A stretch of DNA of 64,000 nt from assembly GCA_049323435.1 (NCBI GenBank), contig JBMOMX010000012.1, forward strand, positions 273,625 to 337,624. The letters run 5' to 3'. The notes beneath the pieces are model-generated. The model worked only from the letters and a program-made list of their open reading frames with translations. It was not told the DNA's origin and ran no database searches. The stretch's first letter is position 1, and each line of letters opens with the position of its first letter. Of the stretch, positions 9,026 to 17,702 are shown one piece after another. Source of the stretch: Pseudomonadota bacterium (GTDB lineage Bacteria > Pseudomonadota > Alphaproteobacteria > UBA11222). Both the position numbers and the translations under genes were made by a program.

Positions 9026-10252
9026 TCAGCTTTTCCCCCGTCCCATCAGGCTGTCGGAAATAATCCGCAACTGGATTTCCGATGTGCCCTCGAAAATTTT
9101 GGTCAGCCGCGCATCGCGCCAGTAACGCTCCACCGCATTCAGTTTGGTGTAGCCCGCGCCGCCAAAAATCTGCAACGCTTCGCTGGTCACCCGCTCGGAC
9201 ATTTCGGAGGCAAAATATTTCACCATTGCCGCTTCACGGTCACAGCGCTTGCCGGTGTCGATCTGATGGCAGACAAAATACATCAATTGCCGGGCGGCCT
9301 CGATCTCGGTCGCCATCTTGGCGATCTTGAAACGGATCGCCTGAAAATCGCCGATCTGTTTGCCGAACTGCACCCGCTGTTTGGCATATTCCATAGCGTC
9401 TTCCAGCGCGCCCTGCGCCAGACCGATGGAGCGTGCCGCCGTATGCGCGCGGGCGCGCTCCAACCCGGAACTGATCTGATAAAAGGCATTGCCGCCGCCT
9501 TTCTTGCCGCCCACCTGCGCGCTGAGCGGCACCCGGCAGCCATCAAAGGCCAGCTCAAACGTATTCCAGCCGAAATAGCCGATTTTTGGAATGGCCGCGC
9601 CCTTGCAATTGTTTGGCAGTTCACCACGCGGCTTTTCCACGATGAAACCGGAAATGCCTTTGTGGCGCGCTTTCGGATCAACCGGTTCGGTGCGCGCCAC
9701 GACATAAATATAATCGGCGTCGTCGGCGAAGGTGCACCAATATTTATTGCCGGTGATCACCCATTCATCGCCGTCCTGCACCGCGCGGCAGGTAAGTGCT
9801 GCAATGTCCGACCCCGCGCCCGGTTCGGACATGGAAAACGCGCCCAGCCATTCGCCGCGCGCCACTTTGGGCAGGCGGTCCTGCAACTGTTCCTCGGTCA
9901 TGCCGCGCGAACCGATCAGCCCGTTGCCGCGCGCGATCAGGCTGGCCACACTCATCCAGCCGCGCGCCAGCTCTTCTGCCACCAGGCAATATTCAAAACA
10001 GCCCAGCCCCATGCCGCCATAACGGGTGGGAATGGTGATGCCGAAATAGCCCATCTCGCCCATCTTTTTGCGCAGATCCATGGGGATTTTGCCCTGCACC
10101 GGATCAAGCTCATTGGCGACCGGCAGCACTTCTTTCATGGTGAAGGCGCGGGCGCTTTCCTTGATCATGCGCCGCTCATCCGTCATATAGCCTTCACCGG
10201 CGTTGGGATTGATATCCCATGCGTCGCCGCCCAGTTTTTCCGTCGTGCTCAT
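9026..10252 (-). CDS. acyl-CoA dehydrogenase
   Basis: FSMSEPGAGSD, WCTFA and the C-terminal catalytic-Glu motif KIFEGTSEIQ are present. 408 aa. Confidence 0.9.
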   Translation of the reverse strand: MSTTEKLGGDAWDINPNAGEGYMTDERRMIKESARAFTMKEVLPVANELDPVQGKIPMDLRKKMGEMGYFGITIPTRYGGMGLGCFEYCLVAEELARGWMSVASLIARGNGLIGSRGMTEEQLQDRLPKVARGEWLGAFSMSEPGAGSDIAALTCRAVQDGDEWVITGNKYWCTFADDADYIYVVARTEPVDPKARHKGISGFIVEKPRGELPNNCKGAAIPKIGYFGWNTFELAFDGCRVPLSAQVGGKKGGGNAFYQISSGLERARAHTAARSIGLAQGALEDAMEYAKQRVQFGKQIGDFQAIRFKIAKMATEIEAARQLMYFVCHQIDTGKRCDREAAMVKYFASEMSERVTSEALQIFGGAGYTKLNAVERYWRDARLTKIFEGTSEIQLRIISDSLMGRGKS

Positions 10253-10731
10253 GCCCTGATCCTCACTAAATTCGTACGCTGATAATCCACCACCAGTTCC
10301 TTGCGCTGATTAAAGCCTTCGCTGTGCCAGGTGACAATGCCAAAGCCTTTCATTTTTTCGGAAATGCGTTTGTCCTTGACGGTTGACCGCGCCGTCAACG
10401 TATCGCCCTCATAAACATGGCGGTGATAGGTAAGCTGATCTACGCCCAGAAACGGCCCGCCGCCTTCGCTTAAATCTTCCACCGTCAGCCCGAACACCGT
10501 GTTGAACACCAGCAGCGGATTGACGACAATGCCCGGATGGCCATGCGCCTTTGCATATTCCACATTGAAATAGAGCGGATTGTAGGAAAGCGTCAGCGTC
10601 GTGAAGGATGAATTGTCCCCCGCATTAATGGTGCGGCCCCAGTGATGTTCAAACACCTGCCCCACCTCAAACACCCCATAGTGATTGCCCTTGGGCAGCA
10701 GCCGCGCCCGCGTGGTGATATTTTCCGGCAT
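10249..10731 (-). CDS. MaoC-like (hotdog-fold) dehydratase/hydratase subunit
   Basis: 160 aa with a hotdog-fold pattern (FEVGQVFEHHWGRTI...LSYNPLYFNVEYA...GDTLTARSTV). It overlaps the ACAD start by 4 nt. Confidence 0.78.
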   Translation of the reverse strand: MPENITTRARLLPKGNHYGVFEVGQVFEHHWGRTINAGDNSSFTTLTLSYNPLYFNVEYAKAHGHPGIVVNPLLVFNTVFGLTVEDLSEGGGPFLGVDQLTYHRHVYEGDTLTARSTVKDKRISEKMKGFGIVTWHSEGFNQRKELVVDYQRTNLVRIRA

Positions 10732-10751
10732 TATATGTTCCCCTGCTCTTC

Positions 10752-12101
10752 TTATCCTGCCCGGAGTAATGGCCCCAGATCGGCGAAATTATCAAGCGTT
10801 TCAAGATTGCTGATGGCGGTGGCCAGTTCCTGCGCGCGCCCCTTGCCAATCACCGGCCCGGCAATGGCGTGAAACTTGTTCAGCAGCTTTTCCCATTGCG
10901 CATTCAGATCGCCCGCCGGAATGCCGACATTGGCGCTTTGCGCGAAACTGCGGCCATCGGCCATGTCGATAATCACCTCGCTATCCTGCGGGTCGGGTTT
11001 GTTATGCGTCTCGACCGTCACTTTATCGCGCAGCGCGACCACATCCGCGCGATTGGCGTTGGCGTCGCTATAGGTTTCGATGCTGGCGGTATCCAGCCCC
11101 GTCAGCGCAAAGGCCGTGGTCGTCCGTAGACTGAATTTCGTCTCCAGACCGGTCGTAGGCGAAGGAATATTGCATACGCGCAAATGGCCCTTATCGACCA
11201 TCACCCGCACCGACTTGATTTTGTCCGCCGCGATGCTGTGCTGGCGGCGCAACCCATGCGCCGCTTCCAGGCTGGAATGGGTCAGGTAACAGGCCGCATG
11301 ATATTTGAACAAGGTGTTGCGGATATGGCTGCCGCCTTTGGGCGCCTCCAGCGCCGCTTCGGGTTTCAGCCCGCGGCTCTGGGTGTCGCCAAAGCCCTGC
11401 TCGGCCTCCAGCACATCCGGGCGGCTGGTGAAACCGCGCGCGGCGAGACGCGCCGCCGTCAGGCCGCTCATCGCCGCATGGCCCGCGTGAAACGGCTTGC
11501 ACATGGTGCCGAACATACTCTTGAAGCCCGAGGCCTGGGTTCCTGCAATCCCCAGCGCCATCGCCGTTGTCTCCGCATCCAGCCGCAGTAAATTCGCCGC
11601 CGCCGCCGCCGCGCCAAAACAGCCCAGCGTCGCCGTCGCGTGCCAGCCCGCCGCATAATGGCTGGGCGAAACGCTGGCCCCGATACGGCATTCGGTCTCA
11701 AAGCCCGCAATAAACGCCGCCATCATATCACGCCCGGATTTGCCATATTGTTCGGCCAGCGCGAACACCACGGGCGCCACCGGCACGCTCGGGTGCCCCA
11801 TCATGAATAATTGCACATCGTCATAATCCAGCGCATGGGAGGCAGAGCCGTTGATCAGCGCCGCCTGGGTGGCGGTGACCTTGCCCGGCAGGCCGATCAG
11901 GCTGGCCTGCGGGTTGCCGCCTTCTTCCAACGCTTCGGCGTGCAAAATACCGGTTAACGGTTCGCGCGCCCCGGCGAACGTGACGCCGAGAAAATCCAGC
12001 AGGCACTGCTTGACCATGAACGCCGCATCCACCGGCAGGCTGTCATAGCGATAGGCCGCCGCCTGCGCCGCCAATGCGCGTGTTAATCCCTCTGCCGACA
12101 T
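10752..12101 (-). CDS. MmgE/PrpD family protein
   Basis: 449 aa. LLDFLGV..AG, ASHALDYDD, HPS and GWH...T.G.FGAAAA are MmgE/PrpD family blocks. Confidence 0.88.
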   Translation of the reverse strand: MSAEGLTRALAAQAAAYRYDSLPVDAAFMVKQCLLDFLGVTFAGAREPLTGILHAEALEEGGNPQASLIGLPGKVTATQAALINGSASHALDYDDVQLFMMGHPSVPVAPVVFALAEQYGKSGRDMMAAFIAGFETECRIGASVSPSHYAAGWHATATLGCFGAAAAAANLLRLDAETTAMALGIAGTQASGFKSMFGTMCKPFHAGHAAMSGLTAARLAARGFTSRPDVLEAEQGFGDTQSRGLKPEAALEAPKGGSHIRNTLFKYHAACYLTHSSLEAAHGLRRQHSIAADKIKSVRVMVDKGHLRVCNIPSPTTGLETKFSLRTTTAFALTGLDTASIETYSDANANRADVVALRDKVTVETHNKPDPQDSEVIIDMADGRSFAQSANVGIPAGDLNAQWEKLLNKFHAIAGPVIGKGRAQELATAISNLETLDNFADLGPLLRAG

Positions 12102-12144
12102 GGTTCCCTCCTGCTGCTTTTTCGATATATTAGCATCTCCCGCT

Positions 12145-12159
12145 ATCTAGTGTAAGGGT
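12145..12159 (+). repeat. left copy of a 15-nt direct repeat (atctagtgtaagggt)
   Basis: It matches 12833-12847 (atctagtgtaatggt) at 14 of 15 positions. The two copies bracket the DUF4160/DUF2442 gene pair. Confidence 0.6.
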
Positions 12160-12241
12160 ATGTCTCGCTTAGCGATTACCAATAATATTGTCGCCGCCAG
12201 GAACTAACTGTAAAGTCGCCGGACAAGTATAAAGGACGTGA

Positions 12242-12508
12242 ATGCCAACAATTGCATGGTTTTATGGCATTGCCATCCGCATGTACATTGTGGACCATGA
12301 ACCGCCGCATTTCCATGCGATTTATGGTGAATATGAGGCGTTCGTCTCTATCGAAACGGGATTGGTGATCGAGGGCGAATTACCAAATGTCGCCGCGCGT
12401 CTGGTCAAGCAATGGGCGCTGGCGCATCGGCGGGAGTTGCGCGATAATTGGCGCCTGGCGCGCGCGGGCCGTCAACCGGAAAAAATAGCAGGCCTTGATG
12501 CTGACTAA
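12242..12508 (+). CDS. DUF4160 domain protein
   Basis: MPTIAWFYGIAIRMY...EPPHFHAIYGEYEA is the characteristic DUF4160 N-terminus. 88 aa. Confidence 0.8.
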   Translation: MPTIAWFYGIAIRMYIVDHEPPHFHAIYGEYEAFVSIETGLVIEGELPNVAARLVKQWALAHRRELRDNWRLARAGRQPEKIAGLDAD

Positions 12509-12767
12509 AGTGACACATATTGAAAGACTTGGCGGCTTGCGCCTAAAGATCCGGTTCAATGACGGCAGTGAGGGCGCGCACGATTTCACCGGACTGGTCA
12601 ACCGGACAGGACCGATGTTCGAACCCTTGCGGGACGAAACCTATTTCGGGCGGGTATTTCTTGAATTTGGCGCGCCCACCTGGCCAAACGGCTTCGACAT
12701 CTCACCCCATTGGCTGCACCACGAAATGAAGCAGGCAGGTGAATTGACACAGGCTGCGGCAGAGTAA
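12498..12767 (+). CDS. DUF2442 domain protein
   Basis: It overlaps the upstream gene by 11 nt. The pattern (L.I.F.DG....DF......P...L.D..YF..V........WPNG.DISP) fits DUF2442, the usual partner of DUF4160. ATG at 12498; the track ORF starts at a TTG at 12495. Confidence 0.72.
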   Translation: MLTKVTHIERLGGLRLKIRFNDGSEGAHDFTGLVNRTGPMFEPLRDETYFGRVFLEFGAPTWPNGFDISPHWLHHEMKQAGELTQAAAE

Positions 12768-12832
12768 AAGCGGGCTTTCATTTTCCCGCTCCCACCCTTC
12801 CGCCTTTGGCCATCCTGATAGCGCGGCCTTCA

Positions 12833-12847
12833 ATCTAGTGTAATGGT
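12833..12847 (+). repeat. right copy of the 15-nt direct repeat (atctagtgtaatggt)
   Basis: See 12145-12159. Confidence 0.6.
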
Positions 12848-12935
12848 TTGCACGCCGCACCCAAGATGATTTATAGTGCCGCAAAAGGGGCCGGGGAACC
12901 ACCCGTAAAAGGCACATATAAAGCTGGGAGAGAGC

Positions 12936-14117
12936 ATGACAAACCGCACCTTACGGGGAAAGACCGCCGTCGTCGGTATCGGCGAAACCACCTATTACAA
13001 ACGCGGCGGCGCGCCGGACGCGGAATTTGTGCTGGCGATCAAGGCGATTTTGAACGCCTGTGAAGACGCCGGGATCGACCCGCGCGAAGTCGACGGCTTT
13101 TCGTCCTACAGCAATGACCGCAACGATCCCTCGCGCATTTCGGCGGCGCTGGGCATCAAGGAGCTGAAATTCGCCTGTATGCAGTGGGGCGGCGGCGGCG
13201 GCGGCGGTTCCGGCGCGGTGGCCAATGCGGCATCCGCCGTGGCGTCTGGCGTGGCCGATGTTGTGGTGGTGTTCCGCGCGCTGGCGCAGGGCCAGTTCGC
13301 CCGCTTTGGCCAGGGGCCGAAAATGTCCGCGATTGCGGGCGATATGGCCTATTCCATGCCCTATGGGGTGATGTCGCCGGCACAGATGTTCGCCATGCGC
13401 TGCACCCGCCATCTGCACGAAACCGGCATTACCCGCGACACCTATAAGGCGGTGTCGCTGGCGACCTATGCCCATGCGCAGAATAATCCGCGCGCCGTGA
13501 TGTATGGCCGCCCGCTGACGCCGGAGGCCTATGACAATGCGCGCTGGATCGTGGAGCCGTATCAGCTTTACGATTGCTGCATGGAAAATGACGGCGCTGC
13601 GGCGCTGGTGATTGTATCCGCCGACCGGGCCAAGGATCTGAAGAAAAAGCCCGCCTATATTCTGGGCGCGACATCGGGTTCGGAATATCGCAATGCGGCG
13701 CCCGCCCATAATGCGCCGCTCTATGCGACCTCCAGCTTCACCAGCCTGGCGCCGCGCCTCTATGAAATGGCGGGCGTCGGCCCCAAGGATGTGGATGTGC
13801 TGCAAAGCTATGAAAATTTCACCGGCGGCGTGGTCATGTCGATCATCGAGCATGGCTTCTGCACCCCTGAAGAAGCCAACAGCTTCATGACCTATGAGAA
13901 TTTCCTGGCCAAGGGCGGCAAGCTGCCGCTCAACACCAGCGGCGGCAATCTGGCGGAATGCTATATGCACGGGCTGGAACTTATCACCGAGGCAGTCCGG
14001 CAAATTCGCGGCGAATCCCCCAATCAGGTGAAAGACGCCAAGATTTCGATGGTCACCTCCGGGCCGATGGTGACCCCAGTCAGCAATTCCATTTTCGGCA
14101 GCCGGGAGACACTGTAA
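12936..14117 (+). CDS. thiolase-like protein (SCP-x / lipid-transfer-protein type)
   Basis: 393 aa. VVGIGETTYYKRG and the C-terminal NTSGGNLAECYMHG are typical of the SCP-x-type thiolase-like family that pairs with DUF35 proteins. Confidence 0.85.
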   Translation: MTNRTLRGKTAVVGIGETTYYKRGGAPDAEFVLAIKAILNACEDAGIDPREVDGFSSYSNDRNDPSRISAALGIKELKFACMQWGGGGGGGSGAVANAASAVASGVADVVVVFRALAQGQFARFGQGPKMSAIAGDMAYSMPYGVMSPAQMFAMRCTRHLHETGITRDTYKAVSLATYAHAQNNPRAVMYGRPLTPEAYDNARWIVEPYQLYDCCMENDGAAALVIVSADRAKDLKKKPAYILGATSGSEYRNAAPAHNAPLYATSSFTSLAPRLYEMAGVGPKDVDVLQSYENFTGGVVMSIIEHGFCTPEEANSFMTYENFLAKGGKLPLNTSGGNLAECYMHGLELITEAVRQIRGESPNQVKDAKISMVTSGPMVTPVSNSIFGSRETL

Positions 14118-14566
14118 TGAGCACGACGCAATTTTATCTGCCCGAAGGCCTGCCCGCCCCCGCGCCGTCGCCCGATGGCCTCGACAAGCCCTATTGGGAA
14201 GGCGTTTCGGTTAACAAGCTGATCGTGCAACGCTGCAAGGCCTGCAAGACCTTTCAGTGGGGTCCGGAATGGGTATGCCATAAATGCCATTCGTTCGATA
14301 TTGGCTGGGAAGAAGTGGCGCAGACCGGCATTATCTATAGCTGGGAACGCGCCTGGCACCCGGTGCATCCCGCGCTCAAGGATCATGGCCCCTATATTGT
14401 CGTGCTGGTGGAACTGCCACAGGCCGGCAATATCCGTATGATCGGCAATCTGCTGGGCGACCCGAAGCAGGACATCAAAATCGGCTCGAAAGTCGAAGCC
14501 GTGTTCGAGCATCACACCGGCTCTAAAATGCCCTATACTTTGGTGCAGTGGCGCGTTACGAAATAA
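14117..14566 (+). CDS. Zn-ribbon/OB-fold protein (DUF35)
   Basis: A TAATG overlap joins it to the thiolase gene. The rubredoxin-like zinc ribbon is CKACKTFQWGPEWVCHKC, followed by an OB-fold. The start is set at MSTTQFY. Confidence 0.85.
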   Translation: MSTTQFYLPEGLPAPAPSPDGLDKPYWEGVSVNKLIVQRCKACKTFQWGPEWVCHKCHSFDIGWEEVAQTGIIYSWERAWHPVHPALKDHGPYIVVLVELPQAGNIRMIGNLLGDPKQDIKIGSKVEAVFEHHTGSKMPYTLVQWRVTK

Positions 14567-14600
14567 TCATCCCTATCATTGCAAGCGCGAGGATAAGACT

Positions 14601-15806
14601 ATGCAGAGTGTCAAGGAAATCGAAGTTAACGAGCCGAATCTGTGGCGGCTGGAAACGCCGGGCGCGAAGGGCTGGCCCCGTACCGCACGCCCAGAAGACC
14701 CTAACAAAATGTTCCTGATCTCCTGCGATGGGCATGTTCAGGAACCCTCCAATATATTCGCCGACCGGCTGCCGCAATATGCCAGCCGCTTGCCCCGCGT
14801 TGAAATAGACGAAAAGGGTGAAAAATGGGCGGTGCAGGAAGGTTTCCGCAAAGCCAAGATGCGCGAGAACACTTTTGTGGGTGAAGAAAAAGCCCGCAAC
14901 GAAGCCGGTAAAACCCCGGAACAGCGGATCGCCGAGCTGCGGATTGACGGCGTCGATGGCGAAATCCTGTTCCCCAATCGCGGCCTGATGGCCTGGGCCA
15001 CCAACGACATTGAATTTAGCAACGCCATGTGCCTGGCCTGGAATGACTGGGCCTGGGAAACCTTCGCCAAATTCAATGACCGGCTGAAGCCGATGGCCTG
15101 CATCGTCACCGCCAATATTGATTACGCCATGGCGGAAATCACCCGCTCGGCCAAACGCGGCTTCAGCGGCCTGTCGCTGCCCTGCAAGCCCATCTTCGGC
15201 GGGCATAATCACGAGCATCCAAACTATAATCTGCCGATGTATGACCGCATGTGGGCGCTGATCGAAGAAGTCGATCTGCCGATCACCTTCCATGTCTCGA
15301 CGGGCCGCGATCCGCGCGCCTCGACCGGCAATGGCGGCGCGGTGATCAACTATGTATCGCATTCGCTGGCGCCGACGATTGAGCCGATGGCCAATCTGTG
15401 CTCTTCAGGTGTGCTGGAGCGTTTCCCGCGCATCAAATTCGCCACCATCGAAGCCGGTATCGGCTGGGTGGCGTGGGCGCTGGATGCGATGGACGAGGCT
15501 TATAAAAAACATCATATGTGGGTGCGCCCGAAATTACAGGGCCTGCCCAGCGATTATTACCGCGCGCACGGCTATTCCAGCTTCCAGGAAGACCGCGCCG
15601 GTCTGGCGCTGGCGGAACCGTTCAATCTGGTGGATAATTTCATCTGGGCGAACGACTATCCGCATCATGAAGGCAGCTGGCCGCATTCACCAGAAGCCAT
15701 TGAACGGCAGTTCGGCCATCTGAAGCATGAATCGCGGATGAAAATCCTCGGCCTCAACGCGGCCAAACTGTTCAAATTCGAAGTGCCTGTCTCAAAGAAA
15801 ATCTGA
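14601..15806 (+). CDS. amidohydrolase-2 family metal-dependent hydrolase/decarboxylase (ACMSD-like)
   Basis: SCDGHVQEP, ITFHVSTG and WANDYPHHEGSWP are amidohydrolase_2 metal-ligand blocks. 401 aa. Confidence 0.85.
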   Translation: MQSVKEIEVNEPNLWRLETPGAKGWPRTARPEDPNKMFLISCDGHVQEPSNIFADRLPQYASRLPRVEIDEKGEKWAVQEGFRKAKMRENTFVGEEKARNEAGKTPEQRIAELRIDGVDGEILFPNRGLMAWATNDIEFSNAMCLAWNDWAWETFAKFNDRLKPMACIVTANIDYAMAEITRSAKRGFSGLSLPCKPIFGGHNHEHPNYNLPMYDRMWALIEEVDLPITFHVSTGRDPRASTGNGGAVINYVSHSLAPTIEPMANLCSSGVLERFPRIKFATIEAGIGWVAWALDAMDEAYKKHHMWVRPKLQGLPSDYYRAHGYSSFQEDRAGLALAEPFNLVDNFIWANDYPHHEGSWPHSPEAIERQFGHLKHESRMKILGLNAAKLFKFEVPVSKKI

Positions 15807-15827
15807 GTTGGCTGCTTTCATGAATAA

Positions 15828-15862
15828 GCCGGGGCTGCGGTTACGCGGCCCCGGTTTTTTTT
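15828..15862 (+). terminator. Rho-independent terminator
   Basis: The stem is ccggggc...gccccgg, followed by T8. Confidence 0.75.
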
Positions 15863-15936
15863 GGGCATGGTAATCGGGCCGGAATTTGACTAGTCTCTCC
15901 CCGCATCAAAAACCACCCCCAGCAGGGAGAGTATCC

Positions 15937-16557
15937 ATGAAACTATTCAACTCCATCGGCCCAAACCCGCGCGTCGTGCGCATGTTCATCGCGGAAAAAG
16001 GCATCAATATTCCCACCGAAACCGTCGATCTGATGAAGGGCGATAACCGCAAGGAGCCCTATCTGAAGCTGAACGCCTTTGGTCAGACCCCGGCGCTGGA
16101 ACTGGATAATGGTTTATTCCTGTCCGAAATCACCGCGATCTGTGAATATCTGGACGAAAAATTTCCCAATGACACGCTGATCGGCAAGACGGCGGAAGAA
16201 CGCGCCGAAACCCGCATGTGGACGCGCCGTGTCGATCTCAATATTGTTGAACCGCTGGCCAATGGTTTCCGTTTCGCCGAAGGTCTGGGCCTGTTCAAGG
16301 ACCGCATCCCCACCATTCCCGAAGCCGCCCCCGGCCTGAAAAAAGTAGCCCAGCACAATCTCGCCTGGCTCGACAAACAGCTGGCCGGCAAACAATATCT
16401 GGCGGGTGCGCGTTTCACGCTGGCCGATATTCTGCTCTATGCGTTTCTGGATTTTGGCGCAACAGTGGGCCAGAAGGTTCCGGCCGATCTGAAAAACGTC
16501 ACCGCCTGGTTCGAGCGCGTGAAGGCCCGGCCCAGCGCCGCCGCAACAGCGGGTTAA
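15937..16557 (+). CDS. glutathione S-transferase
   Basis: The N-terminal thioredoxin-like GST pattern is MKLFNSIGPNPRVVRMF...QTPALELDNGLFLSEITAICEYLDE. An AGGGAGAG RBS lies upstream. The start is set at the internal ATG at 15937. Confidence 0.85.
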   Translation: MKLFNSIGPNPRVVRMFIAEKGINIPTETVDLMKGDNRKEPYLKLNAFGQTPALELDNGLFLSEITAICEYLDEKFPNDTLIGKTAEERAETRMWTRRVDLNIVEPLANGFRFAEGLGLFKDRIPTIPEAAPGLKKVAQHNLAWLDKQLAGKQYLAGARFTLADILLYAFLDFGATVGQKVPADLKNVTAWFERVKARPSAAATAG

Positions 16558-16576
16558 CAATCTATCCGTTTACGGA

Positions 16577-16608
16577 ATAATCCCCGCGCAGTCATGCGCG
16601 GGGATTAT
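16577..16608. terminator. bidirectional hairpin between convergent genes
   Basis: A 14-bp perfect palindrome, ataatccccgcgca-gtca-tgcgcggggattat, lies between the GST (+) and SDR (-) genes. Confidence 0.7.
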
Positions 16609-16617
16609 GCGTTTCAC

Positions 16618-17400
16618 TCACGCATTCTTGATGGTCATGCCGCCATCCACCGGGAATGCGACGCCATTGACATAAGATGCGGCCGGCAGACAAAGGCTGA
16701 GCGTCATATGCGCCACTTCCTCGGGAAAGCCATAGCGCAGCACCGGCACCCGGCGTTTGACATATTTTTCCTTATTCTCCTCGGGAATGCGCTCGGTCAG
16801 GCCGGTGCGGATGGCGCCGGGGCAGATACAGTTGACCGTGATGCCTTCGCGGCCATATTCCACCGCCAGAGATCGGGTGACGCCGATCAGCCCGGTTTTG
16901 GCCGCCGCATAGCCGACACCGCCGGGCGTTGCGCCCAGCGCCTCGGTCGAGGCGATATTGACCACCCGTGCGCAATCCGATTTACGCAAATAAGGCAGCG
17001 CCGCGCGCACAATGCGCGCCGGGCCGGTCAGCATCACATCCAGCGCCAGCGCCCAGGTTTCTTCAAAGCGCGAGGATTCGGTGGATCCCACCGTCGCAAG
17101 CCCGGCATTGTTGACGATAATATCGAGCCGCCCGAACGTCTCGGCAACTTCTTTCACGACCCGTTCCACCGCCTCGCGCTTGCCGACATCGAACACCCAG
17201 CCGCGCGCCGTGCCGCCCGCATCAGTGATTTCCTTGACCACCGCATCCACGGCTTCCTGCTTCAGGTCGGTTACCGCCACCATCGCGCCTTCGTCGGCGA
17301 ACAGATGCGCGGTCGCGCGCCCCATGCCGCTGGCGGCCCCGGTAACCAGCACCGCGCGCCCTGCCACCGAGCGGCTTAATTTAGATAGTCGCGCCATCAC
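16618..17400 (-). CDS. SDR family oxidoreductase
   Basis: TGAASGMGRA (TGxxxGxG), NNAG and YAAAK (YxxxK) are present. 260 aa. Confidence 0.9.
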   Translation of the reverse strand: MMARLSKLSRSVAGRAVLVTGAASGMGRATAHLFADEGAMVAVTDLKQEAVDAVVKEITDAGGTARGWVFDVGKREAVERVVKEVAETFGRLDIIVNNAGLATVGSTESSRFEETWALALDVMLTGPARIVRAALPYLRKSDCARVVNIASTEALGATPGGVGYAAAKTGLIGVTRSLAVEYGREGITVNCICPGAIRTGLTERIPEENKEKYVKRRVPVLRYGFPEEVAHMTLSLCLPAASYVNGVAFPVDGGMTIKNA

Positions 17401-17541
17401 ATACTCCCCCCTGTTTTAATATTACGATGCCGCAGCTTGCCCTTTTTTCCCGATCATGTCACCAGAACAGTCATTGCGGGCCGAATGCCAAAAGCATTTT
17501 CAACCGCGCCCATACTGTTCTATATCACGGATCTACCCTGT

Positions 17542-17628
17542 GCCCGCTTGGCGGAATCGGTAGACGCAAGGGACTTAAAATCCCTCGGTCGTAAGGCTGT
17601 GCCGGTTCGAGTCCGGCAGCGGGCACCA
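17542..17628 (+). tRNA. tRNA-Leu (anticodon TAA)
   Basis: The cloverleaf reads as acceptor GCCCGCT/AGCGGGC, anticodon stem AGGGA/TCCCT with loop CTTAAAA, a long variable arm, a T-arm GCCGG-TTCGAGT-CCGGC and an encoded CCA. Confidence 0.93.
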
Positions 17629-17702
17629 CTTCCTCCCCTCCCCGTCTATCCCCTGTTGCGCTGACATAATACTGATTTCATTTAATCAAGCGCCGGTCCG
17701 CC

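Noticed and set aside
17437-17664. ORFs overlapping tRNA genes (17437-17664, 54797-55060, 63103-63291) and the REP element (51612-51803).
   Set aside because: They are fully explained by the tRNA cloverleafs or palindromic repeats. They have no RBS and no protein-like composition.
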